A stretch of DNA of 63,976 nucleotides, filler included, from Octopus bimaculoides (lineage: Eukaryota), in the NCBI RefSeq assembly GCF_001194135.2. It is 6 parts of 5 records of this genome, joined end to end, with 100 filler letters (N's around TTAATTAATTAA, not from the genome) between each part and the next. Parts side by side here need not be neighbours in the genome. Positions count along the whole stretch, not along the records: positions 21,437 to 43,960 come from NC_068985.1; positions 44,061 to 49,195 come from NC_069005.1; 4 more parts are not named here. One strand, written 5' to 3'. Of the stretch, positions 36,684-47,912 are shown piece by piece. The notes beneath the pieces were generated by a model. It was not told where the DNA came from, did no database searches, and worked only from the letters and a program-made list of their open reading frames with translations. The first letter of the stretch is position 1, and each line of letters begins with the position of its first letter. A program made the position numbers and the translations under genes.

Positions 36684-38507
36684 TTGGGTCATCCCATAAA
36701 TAATGTGATTTTTTTCAATTGCATGAACTAAAAGTTGGATGGGGACGGGATAAACTACTTGCATCAACTTGCTATAAAAGCAGGTAGTAATTTTAGCTTG
36801 TCATTATTTTTAGTGCAAGTTTTGAAGTTTGATTTTAAGTTATTTTTTCAATGCTATAATGGAAGTGACAAAGAAGCATATTTGGCATATTTTGTTTTAT
36901 GAGTTCAATAACGGCAACAATGCATTGAAAGTATGAGGAAAATTAATGCAGTATAGGGAGATTATTTATGCCATATGCCTATGGGCAATTATGGAGGCCT
37001 TTCACATAGGGTAGACAGACTGTGGACAGTTTATTGGTTTCATCCTCACATTTCTTCATAATTGGAGTGGAGAGTATGCTTTTGGGGTAGTTGTTACTCA
37101 ATAGATTATTATTGAGCTTGATCATTTCTTCATGTTGGGTATCTCCGTAAAGATACAAAAGATATGCAGCCCATATGACATCAGGACAGTATTCAAGAGT
37201 AATACAACACTTCGCAAATATCTCCTTCAAGTAAAACCACCAATAGAAGAGAATATGACCAAAGACTGTGTGTACTCTATCCCATGCAGCTGTGGTAGGC
37301 TATACAAAGGTGAAACATGTCGCCCCCTCAAAATAAGGGTAGAGAAACATCACAGAGCTATGACACAGTGAGATATTGATAAATCAGGTATAGCTGATCA
37401 TGTATGGGAAAATGGAGGCCACCTCCCCCTGTGGGATGGATTTAAAATAATAGACAGAGAGCACCACTGGAAAATACAAAAACTAAAAGAAGCAGCAGAT
37501 ATGCTAGGACACAATAACCTCCTAAGCAGACCGAGTGCAGATATGAACAGCATATGGGAACTGGTATTAAGGCAGGATAGGAGAATATTAGATTTATAAG
37601 CCCTAAAATTCACTCCATAATTGCCCACTATGNNNNNNNNNNAGAATATTAGATTTATAAGCCCTAAAATTCACTCCATAATTGCCCACTATGGCGTAGT
37701 GGTTAAGAGCGCAGGCTACTAACCCCAAGATTCCAAGTTCGATTCCAAGCAGTGACCTGAATAATAATAATAATAATAACATCAAAGAATACCTTAGGAA
37801 TGAGAACCCAGGTTTAAAATTTCCCCAAGATACTTGGAGAGTATATCAGCCAAAATGTTGTGTTAACAACAAACAAGATGAGGACAAATATCTGTCAAAT
37901 GTAAATAATGTACACAATTCCTTATCTCTTAAATATAAAACAGTATATGGGGATCGGACAATAAGCGCAAGCCAGTGTCAACAGTATTCCAGAAATTCTG
38001 AGCCAGAAACTACAGCCTAGAAGATAAGCCTTGTCCTGGAAGATCTGTAAAGCTCAACAAGGATGTTGGTGGAACAAAATCCCATTGTAACTGTTGAGGA
38101 ACTAACAGAGAAGCTTGGATTTGGTCATTCAACCATTCAGTGATACCTGCACACCATTGGAAAAGTCAGCAAATTGGGTCAATGGGTTCCTCACAAACTT
38201 TCGGAGTCTAATGCTTGGTGACATACAGTGAGGATGACATTCTAAAGGCTGGAGCAGTTCGAATGGGAAATGATGCCTCATCCACCATATTCACCAGACA
38301 TTTCCCCATCTGATTATCATTCATTCCACAGTCTTCAAAATCATTTGGAGGGAAAAAATATGAATTCTGTAGACAAGGCCAGATAGATGGAAGAGCATTG
38401 TAGAAAATGAAGGAGAGTATATTTTAGATTAAAAAAGAACTTTGTTTATCTTAATTTTGAAAAATAAAAGAAGTCTAAAAAAACACATTATTAATGAGAT
38501 AACTCAT
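36684..38507 (+). mobile_element. Mariner element, internally deleted and split by a Penelope-like insertion
   Basis: TIRs ttgggtcatcccataaataatg / cattattaatgagataactcat with TA; MEVTKKHIWHILFYEF...AVYGD; GQWVPHKL; HPPYSPDISPSDYH. Confidence 0.9.
36963..37940 (+). mobile_element. Penelope-like element 3' part (GIY-YIG) with inverted 5' piece and tRNA-like 3' module
   Basis: IRTVFKSNTTLR...CVYSIPCSCGRLYKGETCRPLKIRVEKH...SGIADHVWENGGHLPLW...KLKEA; 14-bp duplication cagtata(g/t)gg(a/g)gat at 36949 and 37941. Confidence 0.85.
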
Positions 38508-39447
38508 TATATAATTCAGTCAACACCTTGTGCACCAACAGATCACCCAATTGAGGTCAACAACAAATTGTTAGCACAAAGCAGTGCTTGGGTATAAGCA
38601 GAATTTAGGCTAGTTGAAGTATGTTTGTCATATATCTCAACTGCTAAAAGACAAATACACTGCAGTTACTGTGGAGAAAAATCTCTCTTGTGATAAAAAG
38701 ATGTTCCTTCAGTGCCACCATCTATTAGGATTAGATATTTTATGATATCTTCTTAAACTCAATTGGGATACAACTTGACTTCCTTCTTTCTATGTGTTTA
38801 GAAAATATGTACCTGTTATATATTGGTGTACAATCAACTGGCTATTCACAGCCACTACACAAAACAAGCAATCCTTAATGGGTAAAAAAAAATTAATTAA
38901 TATTATTGAAATTTTCTCAATAACACTAAGAGTAAAAGATGTTTTATATGACACATTCTACCAGTGTCCCAAGTGTGAAAGTGTTTCCTTAAGAAAACAA
39001 GTGGCGCCTGCCAAATCAGAAAGATCCATATTATTTAACTCTTTCACTGTGAAATTTTAAATTTCATAGTTATTCCAGTAATGCTGTTAAATATCTAAAG
39101 AAAAATAGATTTGGTATTTTCTACAAATGACATTGCCTCAATAAATTTGACAAATCTGAAGAGAAAATAGTTTCATGCATGACATTCTGCATGACATTCC
39201 TCAACGAAAGATAGATGGGTATATAAAACTGTTTTCCATAGTTAAGAGAACTGCTTTCCACAATTAATTTTGAGTGGATATATTTGATTTCTGCAGTAAA
39301 AAAGTTAAGAAGTTAACAGATAGAGAAGAATACATCTACGTTCCATTGGTACATGATGGGTAGCACAGAACCAATTGCTTCTAGGTAAACAGTAATCTAT
39401 ATGCCAGGGTTGTTACCCTGAAAAACAGTATGTGTTAAGATGTTATC

Positions 39448-39620
39448 TTAACCCTTTTGCTATATTCCTGTTGAAATACACTGTTTTTGTTTCAATTAAT
39501 TTGGAAAGCAAAGAAGAATCTAAAATAACTTTGCAGTCATTGAGTTGCAGTTTGGAACATAAATTAAGATGAAATTTTAATAGAAGATTTCAATTTAGAT
39601 CACTTTAAAACAAGCAGTTT
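39448..39620. mobile_element. Possible piggyBac-type MITE end
   Basis: Starts ttaaccctttt (TTAA-CCC); the other end was not found. Confidence 0.35.
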
Positions 39621-39634
39621 TTATCATAGTACAA

Positions 39635-39950
39635 AGGGTGGCCACTCCCTCCTACATCCTGGATGCTGCAGTAAATGGGAGGATCACTGCTTCCATAGCC
39701 AAATGGAACAAAACACTGAAATATCAGGACCTGGCAATGAACTATCTCTTCCAGGCTGTGGCGTTTAAGGTGTTTGGAGGGTCTGGGCCACTAACAGCGA
39801 GGTTCTTGTCATCATTAGCAGCTTGCCTCACTGAGGGTGCTTGGCTTTTCCAACACCTTAGCCTCGCCATTGCCTGTGGTAATGCCGTGAGCATGCTGGC
39901 TTGCTTCAGTAGGCTCCATCGAATCTTATGGTGTACAACCAATTGAAGCA
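39635..39950 (+). mobile_element. CRE-like non-LTR retrotransposon 3' fragment (restriction-like endonuclease region)
   Basis: KTLKYQDL...YLFQAVAFKVFGGSGP...FLSSLA...LFQHLSLAIACGNA resembles K..KY..L...F.P.A.ET.G...QRLS.A..RGNA. Confidence 0.65.
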
Positions 39951-40854
39951 CTTAGTGCTGCATTGTTGTTTGTTGTTTCTTTCTCTCCCCCCCCCCTTTT
40001 TTTCTTGCTTTACTTTTGTACAATATATTCTTGCTCATATTTTGAAGAAAGTTAATGTTCTACCTTTACCAGCCTTTCGCAGACTCTATTAGTCACTTAA
40101 AAGGTAATAAATCAAGTTAATCACGGTAAATCATGGTAAAATTTGAATTGAAAACCTTACTCCAAGTTCACAATAATATTAGAGGCATTTTACTCATTAC
40201 AAAAGTATTGCATTCCTGAAAAAAATTTCTGCAATGGGGAATTCTTGAACATGAAACATTTCCTATTGTTTCTCCTTTTCTGACTAGACACACATGCATA
40301 CACAAACGAGTGTATGTACATATATGGACGCACACACACACACACACACACTCTCTCTTTCTCTCTCTCTCTTTCTCTCTCTCTCTTTCTCTCTCTCTCA
40401 CACAATTTTTATGTTCACTTTCTATGTTGGCATGGGTTGGATAGGTCATCATTATCTGAGCCCCCCCCCATTAGGTGCTATAGCTCTCAAAAACTAGATG
40501 CTCATAAGTGTTATTTGGTTTGGTTTCTACAGCTGGATGCCCTTCCTAATATCAACCAACTTGCAGTGTAAACAATAGGTAGGAGCGGAATTTGCATGCA
40601 GTAAATGTAAATTTGGAAAGGGAATAATGATGACAGAAAGACCAGAAATGGATATTAGAGAGGTGGGGATGAGGGAGTATTGCTTGTACATTCCCACAGA
40701 TGACCAAGGAGGGGGAACTGTAAAGAAGAGAAGGAAAGAAAGAATAATACACACACAATTACACTCACACATATGCACACATGCGCACACATACACACAC
40801 ACACTCAGATGTATATATACATACATGAGCACCGTCCGAGCGTGATCGTTGCCA

Positions 40855-41250
40855 GAGCAGCTGTCTGGCTTCCGTGCCGGTGGCACGTAAATAGCACCAT
40901 TTGAGTGTGATCGTTACCAATGTCACCTTCCTGGCACTTGTGCCAATGGCATGTGAAAAGACGTTCGAGTGAGTTCGTTGCCAGTACTGCTGGTCTGGCT
41001 CCTGTGCAGGTGGCACATAAAATACACCATTTCGAGCATGGCTGTTGCCAGTACCGCCTGACCAGCCTTCGTGCCGGTGACACATAAAAGCACCCACTAC
41101 ACTCTCGGAGTGGTTGGCATTAGGAAGGGCATCCAGCTGTAGAAACTCTGCCAAATCAGACTGGAGCCTGGTGTAGCCATCTGGTTCACCAGTCCTCAGT
41201 TAAATTGTCCAACCCATGCTAGCATGGAAAGCGAACATTAAATGATGATG
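40855..41250 (+). mobile_element. Family C repeat with internal tandem units
   Basis: Repeated gccggtggcac(g/a)taaa units then consensus 3' end and (GAT)n. Confidence 0.85.
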
Positions 41251-41482
41251 TGCGTGTGTGTGAGCTTTCTCTCAGTTTCAGCCTACAAAACTCCACTCAA
41301 GGCATTGATCAAATTGAGGTTATGGTCCAAGCTCCAAGACACTTGACAAACATGCTGCTCAGTAATATCAAACCCAAAACCATATGGTTGTAAAGTGAAC
41401 ATCTTAATGACAAAGCCATGCCTGTTTGCCATCTGATTTGATGTTTTACATTCTAATCAAATGAATTTGCATTTCTTTAGGA

Positions 41483-41615
41483 CAGTCATGGGCAAAGTAT
41501 AGCCCACAGGACTTTCTGAAAAGTTTGCCGAATGAAAAATTACTTCGAAATTTTTAGTAGTGCTGTCCACCTGATGATAATCCCCTCTCATCTTGGAAAA
41601 TGTTGTCCAAGCCTG
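41483..41615. mobile_element. hAT MITE with 8-bp TSD
   Basis: cagtcatgggcaaa ... gttgtccaagcctg; flanks ctttagga / ctttaggg. Confidence 0.7.
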
Positions 41616-42210
41616 CTTTAGGGTTATAGACAAGGCACCCTATCAGTAACAAAGGTGTAAATATGTTATGATTTTCAAGTCTTTTTCAATTACCTTAAGT
41701 GATAAAAGTAAAGTGAAATAGCTTAAAATTCATAAATAGAAAATAAGACTCAGTTTGCCATGAATATATGTACAAACTCAACTTCCCAATAGTTCTCAAG
41801 TCTCAGCTTGCCAGAACTTTGTCTTCACACTCTGTTTGCTTCAAGTTCACTACATTCAGCATGCCAGTTGTACATCTCCAAACTGAACTAATAGATCATC
41901 CCAGCTTGTTAGGGGTATGTCCCTTGGCTCAGCTTGAACGAATGACCCGATATGTGAAATGGCAGCAATATATGACAAATGAATGCTTTTAAGGAGACCT
42001 TCCCAAAGTTAACAAGAAGATCAGGCTGTGGCTATCTGGTCACAGCCTGCAGCACCCTGAACTTGAAGCATCCAGATTAGTCTTGTGGAATACACTTCAT
42101 GGTGACATAAGAAGAGGAAAATATTGACAACTATTGTTTCTCCTTTTCTGACTAGACACACATGCATACACAAACGAGTGTGTGTACATATATGGACACA
42201 CACACACACA

Positions 42211-42267
<57 letters not shown>

Positions 42268-43093
42268 TCTCTCTCTCACACACACACACACACAATTTTT
42301 ATGTGTGGTTTCATTCCAGACCAGAAACTGGTCTGGAATGTATCCAAAGACCTTGAGGCAGTGAGGAACCAAGACCTGTGGTGGGTGGACATTGTTGCTG
42401 TGGCCTGGGTTGGAACCCGGCCATCATAATGATAATAATAATAATAATTCAGTTTACCAGCAGCTTAACTCTACACTCACCATACCAGGAATTACTTTCC
42501 CGACTCAGAATAAAATAATTCACTCCAGATTCAATATGTCAGAAGCTTATCTCAAGTGTTTGTTTCTCTCTGCACTGCCTTTGCATTTTACAAGCATTTA
42601 TCAATTTTATACTCTTTTCCTAAAAGTCACTTCATAAAAATTTTAACATGCGTTGTCAATACACCATACACCGATGATGTAAATAGTTATTTCTGAGGAA
42701 ATACAAGTCACTCCTTACATCCTTTGTAGATAAATATCACACTAACTGCAAAAACGTGTCATATTTAATCCTAGATATATAAGGCATTTTCACTTTATGG
42801 GATTGAGCTTAAATGGTTTTCAAAAAATATTATTCATTCTTTTATTCTTTCTTTTATTGGTTTCAATCACTGGAGTTTGGTTTTGTCAGGGAATAGCTTT
42901 TGATGGCTTTAGTGAATTATATTGATACCAGTATTTAGTCTGATACACATTTCTAACTGTTACTGAGTATCAAATAGATTGAGTTCACTTATTGAATTTA
43001 AAGAATTTTCTCAAATAATATGGAAAAAATACTAAAGCGAACTTATTCCAAATAATGCTAGCACACAAACACACCACACTTTTGCACACAACC

Positions 43094-43135
<42 letters not shown>

Positions 43136-43654
43136 TTATAGAGTTATCTGAATACTAAAGGTTTAAACAAGTTCACTACTGTCACTGACATTGTCAAGAA
43201 GAAAGCTTTTGACTAAAATTGTGTGTTGCCTCCTGACATTGATGATAGCTTTGAGAAAATGGTGAGTAATTGTTAACCTTGTCATTGGATCAGGTGAGAA
43301 TGGCCAATATTACAACATCAGGTCATGTGAACCAAGCAGACTATGAGGTTGTGCTGGAAAGTTCATTTTCAGCACAACCTCATATCTCCGCTTCATGAAA
43401 TCTGTATTTCCAACGTATAGAAGAATAAAAATGTGGTGACTAGAATATCCACTTATAAGAGTGGTGACGAGTTTATTCAAAACTTACATCAGACATTAAC
43501 ATTTTCTTGTGATACAAAATAAAAGAAAAATTAGCTAACATGGAAGATTTACTAGCCTCCGTGGAGTTGCAACAGCAACAATAGTTACAACAGCAATTAC
43601 AACAACCACAACACTTTTGGAGAAAGATAAAATGCTGAGAGCAGTGAAAAAAGA

Positions 43655-43960
43655 AAGAACCTGTTGAAAGCCACCGACCAGATTTGTGGGTGGTGTAAGG
43701 TCCCCTCCCAACCCAGAGTAACGTGGTGGTGGAACAAGGAGGTAGACAGGGCTATTAGACAAAAGAAACAGGCTTGGAAGGACTGGAAGAACGGTGGTAG
43801 CAGGGAATTGTACCAATGTGCCAGAAGGGAGGCTAGGCGACAGGTTTATTTAGCCAGAGGGGAAGCAGATAAGGAAAGATTTGCCAATGTTCTGCGCCGT
43901 GAGGACCAAAGACTCGAGGTATTTCGTGTTGCAAGACAGTGTAGGAGAGAGAATAGTGAT
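43655..43960 (+). mobile_element. Young RTE-clade LINE fragment, cut by contig end
   Basis: Open frame KATDQICGWCK...TWWWNKEVDRAIRQKKQAWKDWKNGGSRELYQCARREARRQVYLAR. Confidence 0.85.
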
Positions 43961-44060
43961 NNNNNNNNNNNNNNNNNNNNNNNNNNNNNNNNNNNNNNNN
44001 NNNNTTAATTAATTAANNNNNNNNNNNNNNNNNNNNNNNNNNNNNNNNNNNNNNNNNNNN
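43961..44060. other. Artificial scaffold linker
   Basis: N44-TTAATTAATTAA-N44. Confidence 0.95.
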
Positions 44061-44097
<37 letters not shown>

Positions 44098-44152
44098 GTA
44101 TATATATATGTATATATATGTATATATATATGTATATATATGTATATATATG

Positions 44153-44183
<31 letters not shown>

Positions 44184-44244
44184 GTATATATATGTATATA
44201 TATATGTATATATGTATATATATATGTATATATAAATAAATATA

Positions 44245-44442
44245 TAATTTAGAGAAAAGAACCAAAATTCATGAAAATCCACAGTCACTTATAGAGAAAA
44301 TTAGTAAGTAAATACACGATAAATAAGTATAAAATACAAAGTAAAAATCATAAAATAATAATTATTATAATATTAATTTTCTCTATATGTGACTAGATTT
44401 TCATGGATGAGTTCATGAACTTTGGTTCTGTTCTCTAAATTA
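44245..44442. mobile_element. Palindromic MITE-like element next to (TA)n/(TATATG)n
   Basis: taatttagagaaaagaaccaaa...gtcacttatagagaaaatta vs taattttctctatatgtgac...tttggttctgttctctaaatta. Confidence 0.6.
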
Positions 44443-44564
44443 TATATTTATATATTATATACTGTGAAACTTAATTTAATTTTAAGTTTTGATAAATTGA
44501 ATTGAATTGAGTTTTTACCTGTAAATTTGGATTTTTATCCCTAATATTATTATTATATATATAT

Positions 44565-44750
44565 ATAGTAAAAATTTACAAAAAACAAAAGATGAAGACG
44601 GGTGTGTAAACAACAAACATGTATTAGTTTAATGCTTGGGAAGTGAAAAAGTCTTTTACATTTTGAGCCTACACTCTTTGACAGAAAGGAACATAGAAAT
44701 AAACCGGGAGAGAAAATAGAAAATGGTTTAGTGGCTAGTGATCTACACAT
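44565..44750 (-). repeat. Family H repeat, CpG-decayed copy
   Basis: Reverse complement ctttctgtcaaagagtgtaggctcaaaatgtaaaagac. Confidence 0.55.
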
Positions 44751-45449
44751 TCATACACACAAACACATAAATAGACACACAAGCATATGAAGAAATCAAC
44801 TGCCATCTTTAGTTACATCAGCATCAAAATAAAGTGCGANNNNNNNNNNGGAGCAATGAACGATTAAACAAAGGTGATAGGGACATAGAGGCATGGGTGA
44901 TAGAGACTGGTGAAGATAATAGGGAGACAAGAGATAGGTGTGTTACAGAGATGAGAAGCTGCCAAGGAACCCAAAAACATATTGATACACATACACATAT
45001 GTATTCATATATATGTGAATCTGAAGTTATAAATCGATATTTTATCATTATTAATAAATCTGAGGGTAGCCGAAAAATGTTAGAAATTCTATTTACTACC
45101 AGTGGTCTAGTGAGAAGAAAAAATTAGTCAATAGACTTTATATTAATCATTTAAAATACAGTGTACATTTTAAACACATCAGAGATGCCTATAATAGGAC
45201 ATCTAACCTGCTAGAAAGAGCAGCCAAAACTCTATACCACAATTGGGGATAATTTCGAAAGGGAATGAAAAATAAAAACATTTACCAATCTATTTTCCAT
45301 GTTTTTATTTTTCATTCCTTTTCGAAACGGCTTTAAAAAAATCACATTTCAGAGTAGTACGGATAATACTAGTAAGACGTTAAGTTATTTCCCTTGTATA
45401 TTTTTATTTACCACCCTAAACCTGAAGATTACCTTTTATTTTTTTTATT

Positions 45450-45830
45450 TCGCACCGGGTCAAACGCTTTAGTTTGACCGAATGTGCACATCACCCGTTT
45501 TCGTGCCAACCCTAAACGCCGAAACCGGGTGGCGTGCGTATTCTTTACCTCCGCCCCTTCGTTATCTAAGGAGGAATTTTAAATGTTTCATTTACATGGA
45601 ATTATAGAATCTATGTAAATGAAAATCATAGAATGTTTATATAATCGAACTGTGGTATATTTCGAATTTGCTTTCAGATATAGAAATGAAGAGAAACTTA
45701 AAACCGGAAAGATCGATAAAAATATACCATTTGTAATTTTTTTAACAGTGAAGAGTTCATTGTCAACCGGAAGTGTGATCAAGTGTCAAACTTTCTTCAC
45801 GAAGTTTATTTGAATCAAATCTCAAGAAAA
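45450..45830. promoter_or_regulatory. LENG1 promoter region, possibly bidirectional
   Basis: CpG-rich patch; GC box ccgcccc at about 45551; ETS-type ACCGGAA at 45703 and ACCGGAAGT at 45766; DRE-like atcgata at 45712. Confidence 0.55.
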
Positions 45831-45853
45831 ATGAATATTTTACACCATAAAAG
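45831..45853 (+). CDS. LENG1: LENG1 (leukocyte receptor cluster member 1; Cir_N domain) coding exon 1
   Basis: ATG AAT ATT TTA CAC CAT AAA AG|gtaaat = MNILHHK(S), matching the MNILPKKSWHV start of LENG1. Confidence 0.85.
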
Positions 45854-46594
45854 GTAAATAGTTTTTTTCTTTTTTTACCTCAATTAATCTTTTGTGGCAC
45901 AGTAAAGGTATACGTATAAAAGAGCGTTGACAAAACTGAAAGTTTTGGGATAAAACGAGAGCTTCGTTTTTATTTTTAAATGATTATTGTGTGTGTGTTT
46001 GTTATGTATGTTGTAATTATGTGAAAAGTTGAATGAATTAAATGGGTTTTTTTGTTGTTTATTTTTTAAACATATATAGTAGTCCCTGTATGTCTTCCGC
46101 TAATAATGGCACTGTCATGGTATTAGCTGTCAGAAGCGAAAGTAGAAAAATCTAAACAAGGAATGTTACTGCTGGTTTGAGTTGATTCTCTGGCCGGAGC
46201 GAGCTATCTGTCTGTCTGTCTCTCTCTCTATCTATCTCTCACTCGAAAGTTATTGGAACAAATTTGACACCTATATCCATGCGTTTGAAAACACACAGAG
46301 TATAAGGGTAATACTAAAGCCATTGAACTATGCAGAGATTGACAAAATAAAAGGAAAGTAAAATAATGTTTGGCAGTCCTCAAACCTGAAACTGAAAAAA
46401 TGAATCTCTTTAAATGCTGAAAGTTACATACATCTTTGTATTTGTTTTCAGTAAATATTTCATTGACTGATATAGTTACAAATTCATTAGGTCCTTTTGT
46501 TTAATTAAGGATCAGAATATCATTTTAGAATAAGTGTGTGGTTTGTAAGTGTTCCTTAAGGGGACAGCCTATCAGTAGGCTGACCTGAAACCCA

Positions 46595-47300
46595 GCTGTA
46601 TTAAAACCTGTAGTGCCTATAATAAAGTCTGACTGGTCCTTTATTAAAATCTTTGCTATCTATATTAAGACCAGTCTGTCGTACCTAAAATAAACCCAAA
46701 CTGTAGTACCTATAATAAAATCAAACTGTGGTATGTATATTAAAACCTGACTATAGTAGAACCGAATTATGGTACCTATTGTAATACACTTGGTACTTGT
46801 GTAAAATCTAACACTGGTACCTGTCATCATCATCATATGTCCATTTTCTATGCTGGCATGGGTTGGATGGCTTTAGAGGAACTGGCAAGGCCAGAGACCA
46901 CACCAGATTCCATAGTCTGTTTTGGCTTGGTTTCTACAATTGGATGCCCTTCCTAATGCCAACCACTCCACAAAGTGTACTGGGTGCTTTTTACATGGCA
47001 CCAGCACCAGTGCTTTTTGAGTGGCACCTTGGTTTTAGGATCTCAATTCTGTTGTGGTGGATATGTCTTCTGGAGTACCAGATATCTCGGTCTTCTGTCA
47101 TCTTTGTAAGGCTCAACAGTTTGAGATCAGCCTTCAGTACTTCATCCCATGTCTTCCTGGGTCTCTCTCTTCCACAACTTCCCTCCACTTGGTACATTTA
47201 TTAAAACCTAACTGTGGTACATTTATTAAAACCTAATTGTGGTACTTCTATTAGAACCTGAGTAGCACCTGTATTAAAAGCTATCAATGGTACATTCTTG
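46595..47300. repeat. Degenerate ~24-bp minisatellite (tattaaaacctaactgtggtacatt) split by an RTE fragment
   Basis: Units at 46595-46825 and 47190-47300. Confidence 0.7.
46825..47190 (-). mobile_element. 5'-truncated RTE LINE 3' end in LENG1 intron 1
   Basis: VEGSCGRERPRKTWDEVLKADL...DRDIW followed by family C UTR and (GAT)n. Confidence 0.8.
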
Positions 47301-47368
47301 TTATATTGAGACTTGTCTGTGATACCTTTTTGTATCCTAATGACTCTTCCCTATTTCTCTTTCTTCAG

Positions 47369-47468
47369 TTGGCATGTTCGAACCAAGAAGAATATCGAAC
47401 GAGTGCGACAAGATGAAGAAAAAGCTGCCCAAGAGGAAAAAGAGAAGCAACGGAGGGTTGCTCTAGCT
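47369..47468 (+). CDS. LENG1: LENG1 coding exon 2
   Basis: ttcttcag|T TGG CAT GTT...GCT|gtaagt: (S)[33 protein letters not shown]; phases match exons 1 and 3. Confidence 0.92.
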
Positions 47469-47866
47469 GTAAGTATTAGAGTTATCTTATTTTTGTCAGT
47501 TGTTTTAGTACATCTTATCACAACTCTGAACAGTTGTGATCAAAGACATTCCCAACATGACCATACTATCTTTTATTTAAGCATAGTGTAACCTTGGATA
47601 CACCTGTCATAACAGATCTGTGGCAAAGGAGATGTTGGTTAATGCGGGGGTACCTATTTCAATGAGTGCGTGTCTGAAGGCTAGTAACGTTTAAATATGT
47701 GTTTGCATAAAAGGCACAATAAAATACCAGGAGTCAATTTTCCCTTTTGGTTAACAAACCTGAGAATTTATTCTGGTGCAATCAAGATATTACCGAAGCT
47801 TTGCAGGTAAGCCTTTCCAATAATCAGGAAGGAATCAAGTGTTCATTCATTAGTAATTGTTCAATC

Positions 47867-47912
<46 letters not shown>

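Noticed and set aside
37580-37692. 50-bp direct repeat around 11 Ns
   Set aside because: Typical unmerged overlap of contig ends, so an assembly artefact.
37692-37760. Functional tRNA gene (also 50358-50430)
   Set aside because: A and B boxes are present, but no acceptor stem or T-run terminator; both continue into repeat bodies.
39270-39415. Possible minus-strand exons (tttttcag and actgcag acceptors)
   Set aside because: Early stops in most frames, weak donors and no recognisable peptide.
45400-45540. Telomerase RNA or H/ACA snoRNA
   Set aside because: ccaaccctaaac is not a proper CUAACCCUAAC template, and there is no ACA box after the second hairpin.
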